A DNA stretch of 64,000 nucleotides from Actinomycetota bacterium (lineage in GTDB: Bacteria; Actinomycetota; AC-67), in contig JBKKBZ010000047.1 of assembly GCA_046713235.1 (NCBI GenBank), positions 1,828-65,827 on the forward strand, written 5' to 3'. Within the stretch, counting starts at the first letter, position 1, and every line of letters starts with the position of its first letter. Shown here piece by piece: positions 61,859 through 64,000 of the stretch. Position numbers and translations under genes: made by a program. The notes below the pieces were generated by a model that did no database searches, was not told where the DNA came from, and saw only the letters and a program-made list of their open reading frames with translations.

Positions 61859-64000
61859 TTATGCGTGGCGTCGGCGCAGCGCCAGTCCTCCCGCGATTGC
61901 AAGCACGAGGAGACCCATACCGAACGTCGCCGTGTCGGTGACTCCCGTTGCCGGGAGTCCGCGCTTGCCCCCCTCCACCCTCGGCTTCCTGCCGGGGCCC
62001 GGATCCACCACCACGTTCGCAGGGCTTCCGACGATGAAGTCCATGGTCGCGGTGGCGTCCACCGGATACAGATACGACTGAACGGCCTGGGTCGCCGTGA
62101 AACTGTTGGCGAGCGTGAACACTGTGCCGTCGAAGAGACGGTCTCCTGCCGCCGCAGGCCTCTCGTCGGGCATGTGGCCGCGGTCGGTTCGCCCGGCCTG
62201 AGCGCGGAGCAGATTTCGGGGTACCGACAGCTTGATCGTCCCCGCCTGCGGATCGACCTTTCCTTCGATGGCGGTCTTCTGGTTCCACACGATGATCTTC
62301 TCGGAGGTCGGGTCTGCCTGTCCCGCCTCCGTGCCCTTGGTCGTGAAGTCGTCGAAGCCAAATGTCCAGCCCGTTGCCGGGTTCCATGCCGCCGTTGCTC
62401 CGGCCGGCTGGAACCCGTTCATGAAGCGGAACAGGTAGACGAGCGACCGGCTGTTCGTGTCCAGGAGGGCTTGTTGAAGCGCGGAGCCGCCGACATCGGC
62501 GAGATGCATCGTTACCGTCATGCCTCCGTCCACGATCTTGGCCCCGGTCTCGAGATCGACCTCCGGACCGACGTCAACCTTCGTCACGTCGAGAGCCGGC
62601 TGGTTGGTCGGAGTCGGCGTCACGAAAAGCTGCGAGTAGGGCGCCAGCGCGTCGCCCTCGGGATCCTCGGTGGATTGGCGAAGCGCAGGCCGGCGTGCCT
62701 TGAGGCTTCTGTCCGCCAGAAGGCTCGGCCCCGTTTCCTGCGTCACGACGGTTGCCGTCGAGACATGGCCGATCTCGTCGGTCGGCTTCTTCGCCGATGA
62801 TCCGTAGACGACGTGGAGCCTGCCGGTCGTCGGACTCAGGTCCATCGCGAAGTAGTCGGCCAAAGAGCGGTCTCCCTTCTTCGGGACACCGCTGTCGTCG
62901 GGAATCGGGACGTCGCAGGCCAGCCCGTTGAGGCAGATCGAGCCGTAGTGAAACGGATGGGAGGTGGACTTGGCCTGGGCCCAGTGCGGCTCGGAGGAAA
63001 GAGCATCGGTCGAGATATTGACGTACGGATACCAAGAGGCTACGAATGCGCCCGAATCCGCGTCGCCGATGCTGTCGGTGCCGAAGAAGGCGACGGCCAC
63101 GCGGCCCTCATCCCCCGCAACTATCCACGGCATGACCGTCGTCTCCACGTTGTCCCGGTTCACTCGGACCTGCTTGCCTGTGCCGATCTTCTCGCCGCCC
63201 TCGCAGGAAGCCACGCGGCCGGCCGGAACCACGGTCATGTAGGTGTCGCCGCCGACCCCCTTGGCTGTGTACGCGATGTAGATGTTCCCCGCAGAGTCGT
63301 GGTCGGCGAGGATGAAACCCGCGCTCGGGTCGAAGCCGGCGTCGATGATCACGCAATCGTCCCACGTCGTCCCGCCGTCCATCGAACGAAACAGCGTGAT
63401 ATCGGTTCGCGACGTGGCCGAGTTGTAGGACGGGAAGTAGACGATCGCCTTCGAGGGGTCGTCGTCGGACGAGAGGATGGCCCGGAGGGGTCCGATACGC
63501 CCGTTGCCACCGCCGACGATGATCGGGGGCCCGTAGGTCAGCCCGCCGTCGGTGGATTTCTGGACCGTGTAACTGGTGGCAAGTTGGTTGAAGTTCAAAA
63601 AGACCGTCTTCTCGTCGGTGAACACGAGCCACTGCCGGTCCACGCCGACGGGGGACTCGCTGACCGCCGACACCGTCAGCGTGTGGCCGGCGTCGTCGGA
63701 GGTTCCGGTGCTGAAGTTCGTGAGAGGCCCAAGCCCGGTGTAGGCGAACGTGTAGTTCGCCTCGCCGGTGGAGTTGGGATACGGCGCCGTTGCGAGACCG
63801 CAGTCTCCGCCGCCTTCTCCCCCTGAGATCTGACCGCGGGGAGGCTGACCGAGAAGGTGGAATTGATCACCGCCGTCGGTCGAGATCTGGGCGTAGTCGG
63901 CGATGTTCGAAAAACCTGAGGGGCCGCAGGTCCAGATGCGTCCCGCGCGATCGATGTGGACCTCGGGCTCACCGACATCGCGCTGCGGGTCGGTCGGAAC
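61859..64000 (-). CDS. BNR/Asp-box repeat (sialidase-like beta-propeller) surface protein with LPXTG sortase signal; 5-prime end outside the window
   Basis: Asp-boxes ISTDGGDQF, STDGGLTY and SMDGGTTW. C-terminal LPATG (61943-61957) plus hydrophobic segment plus RRRHA. The frame stays open, with no stop, from 63673 to nt 64000, so the track start at 63673 is not the real start. Confidence 0.8.
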   Translation of the reverse strand, partial: VPTDPQRDVGEPEVHIDRAGRIWTCGPSGFSNIADYAQISTDGGDQFHLLGQPPRGQISGGEGGGDCGLATAPYPNSTGEANYTFAYTGLGPLTNFSTGTSDDAGHTLTVSAVSESPVGVDRQWLVFTDEKTVFLNFNQLATSYTVQKSTDGGLTYGPPIIVGGGNGRIGPLRAILSSDDDPSKAIVYFPSYNSATSRTDITLFRSMDGGTTWDDCVIIDAGFDPSAGFILADHDSAGNIYIAYTAKGVGGDTYMTVVPAGRVASCEGGEKIGTGKQVRVNRDNVETTVMPWIVAGDEGRVAVAFFGTDSIGDADSGAFVASWYPYVNISTDALSSEPHWAQAKSTSHPFHYGSICLNGLACDVPIPDDSGVPKKGDRSLADYFAMDLSPTTGRLHVVYGSSAKKPTDEIGHVSTATVVTQETGPSLLADRSLKARRPALRQSTEDPEGDALAPYSQLFVTPTPTNQPALDVTKVDVGPEVDLETGAKIVDGGMTVTMHLADVGGSALQQALLDTNSRSLVYLFRFMNGFQPAGATAAWNPATGWTFGFDDFTTKGTEAGQADPTSEKIIVWNQKTAIEGKVDPQAGTIKLSVPRNLLRAQAGRTDRGHMPDERPAAAGDRLFDGTVFTLANSFTATQAVQSYLYPVDATATMDFIVGSPANVVVDPGPGRKPRVEGGKRGLPATGVTDTATFGMGLLVLAIAGGLALRRRHA

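Overview
This is a high-GC, gene-dense chromosomal segment. Its gene content points to Actinomycetota: a WhiB-family regulator, the proteasome activator Bpa ending in GQYL, a divergent ku/ligD NHEJ pair, a PIG-L/MshB-like deacetylase, many GTG starts and many ATGA/GTGA start-stop overlaps. I support 57 protein-coding genes, one transposase remnant, three hairpin terminators, three candidate operator sites and three tandem repeat arrays (two within coding sequence, one intergenic). I saw no rRNA, tRNA or CRISPR array by eye. Most of the window is ordinary metabolism or housekeeping: amidase, AI-2E transporter, UbiB kinase, USP, SDRs, NadB, MmgE/PrpD, aminotransferase, LLM oxidoreductase, aldehyde and acyl-CoA dehydrogenases, TldD/PmbA, HAD and Nudix. 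Three things look accessory or unusual. (1) 17.9-27.3 kb is a cell-envelope block. It holds a protein built only from seven PPC-like repeats, PBP4, a copper-radical oxidase with all active-site motifs, and a His-rich two-repeat membrane protein. (2) 39.6-49.1 kb holds two giant secreted DUF11-type repeat proteins that share an unassigned, duplicated C-terminal module. They are followed by an orphan ParA-like ATPase translationally coupled to a small zinc-ribbon protein. This is my best candidate for an undescribed system. (3) There are several small-scale oddities: a 72-aa DHp-only histidine-kinase fragment coupled to a NarL-type regulator, head-to-head overlapping ku/ligD starts, an orphan 389-aa gene with atypical codon usage beside ligD, a eukaryote-type NMNAT, and a decayed IS630/PIN patch at the left edge. 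Many long ORFs in the supplied track are antisense or out-of-frame artefacts of high GC and were rejected. All functional calls rest on motif-level recognition from memory; no database search was possible.
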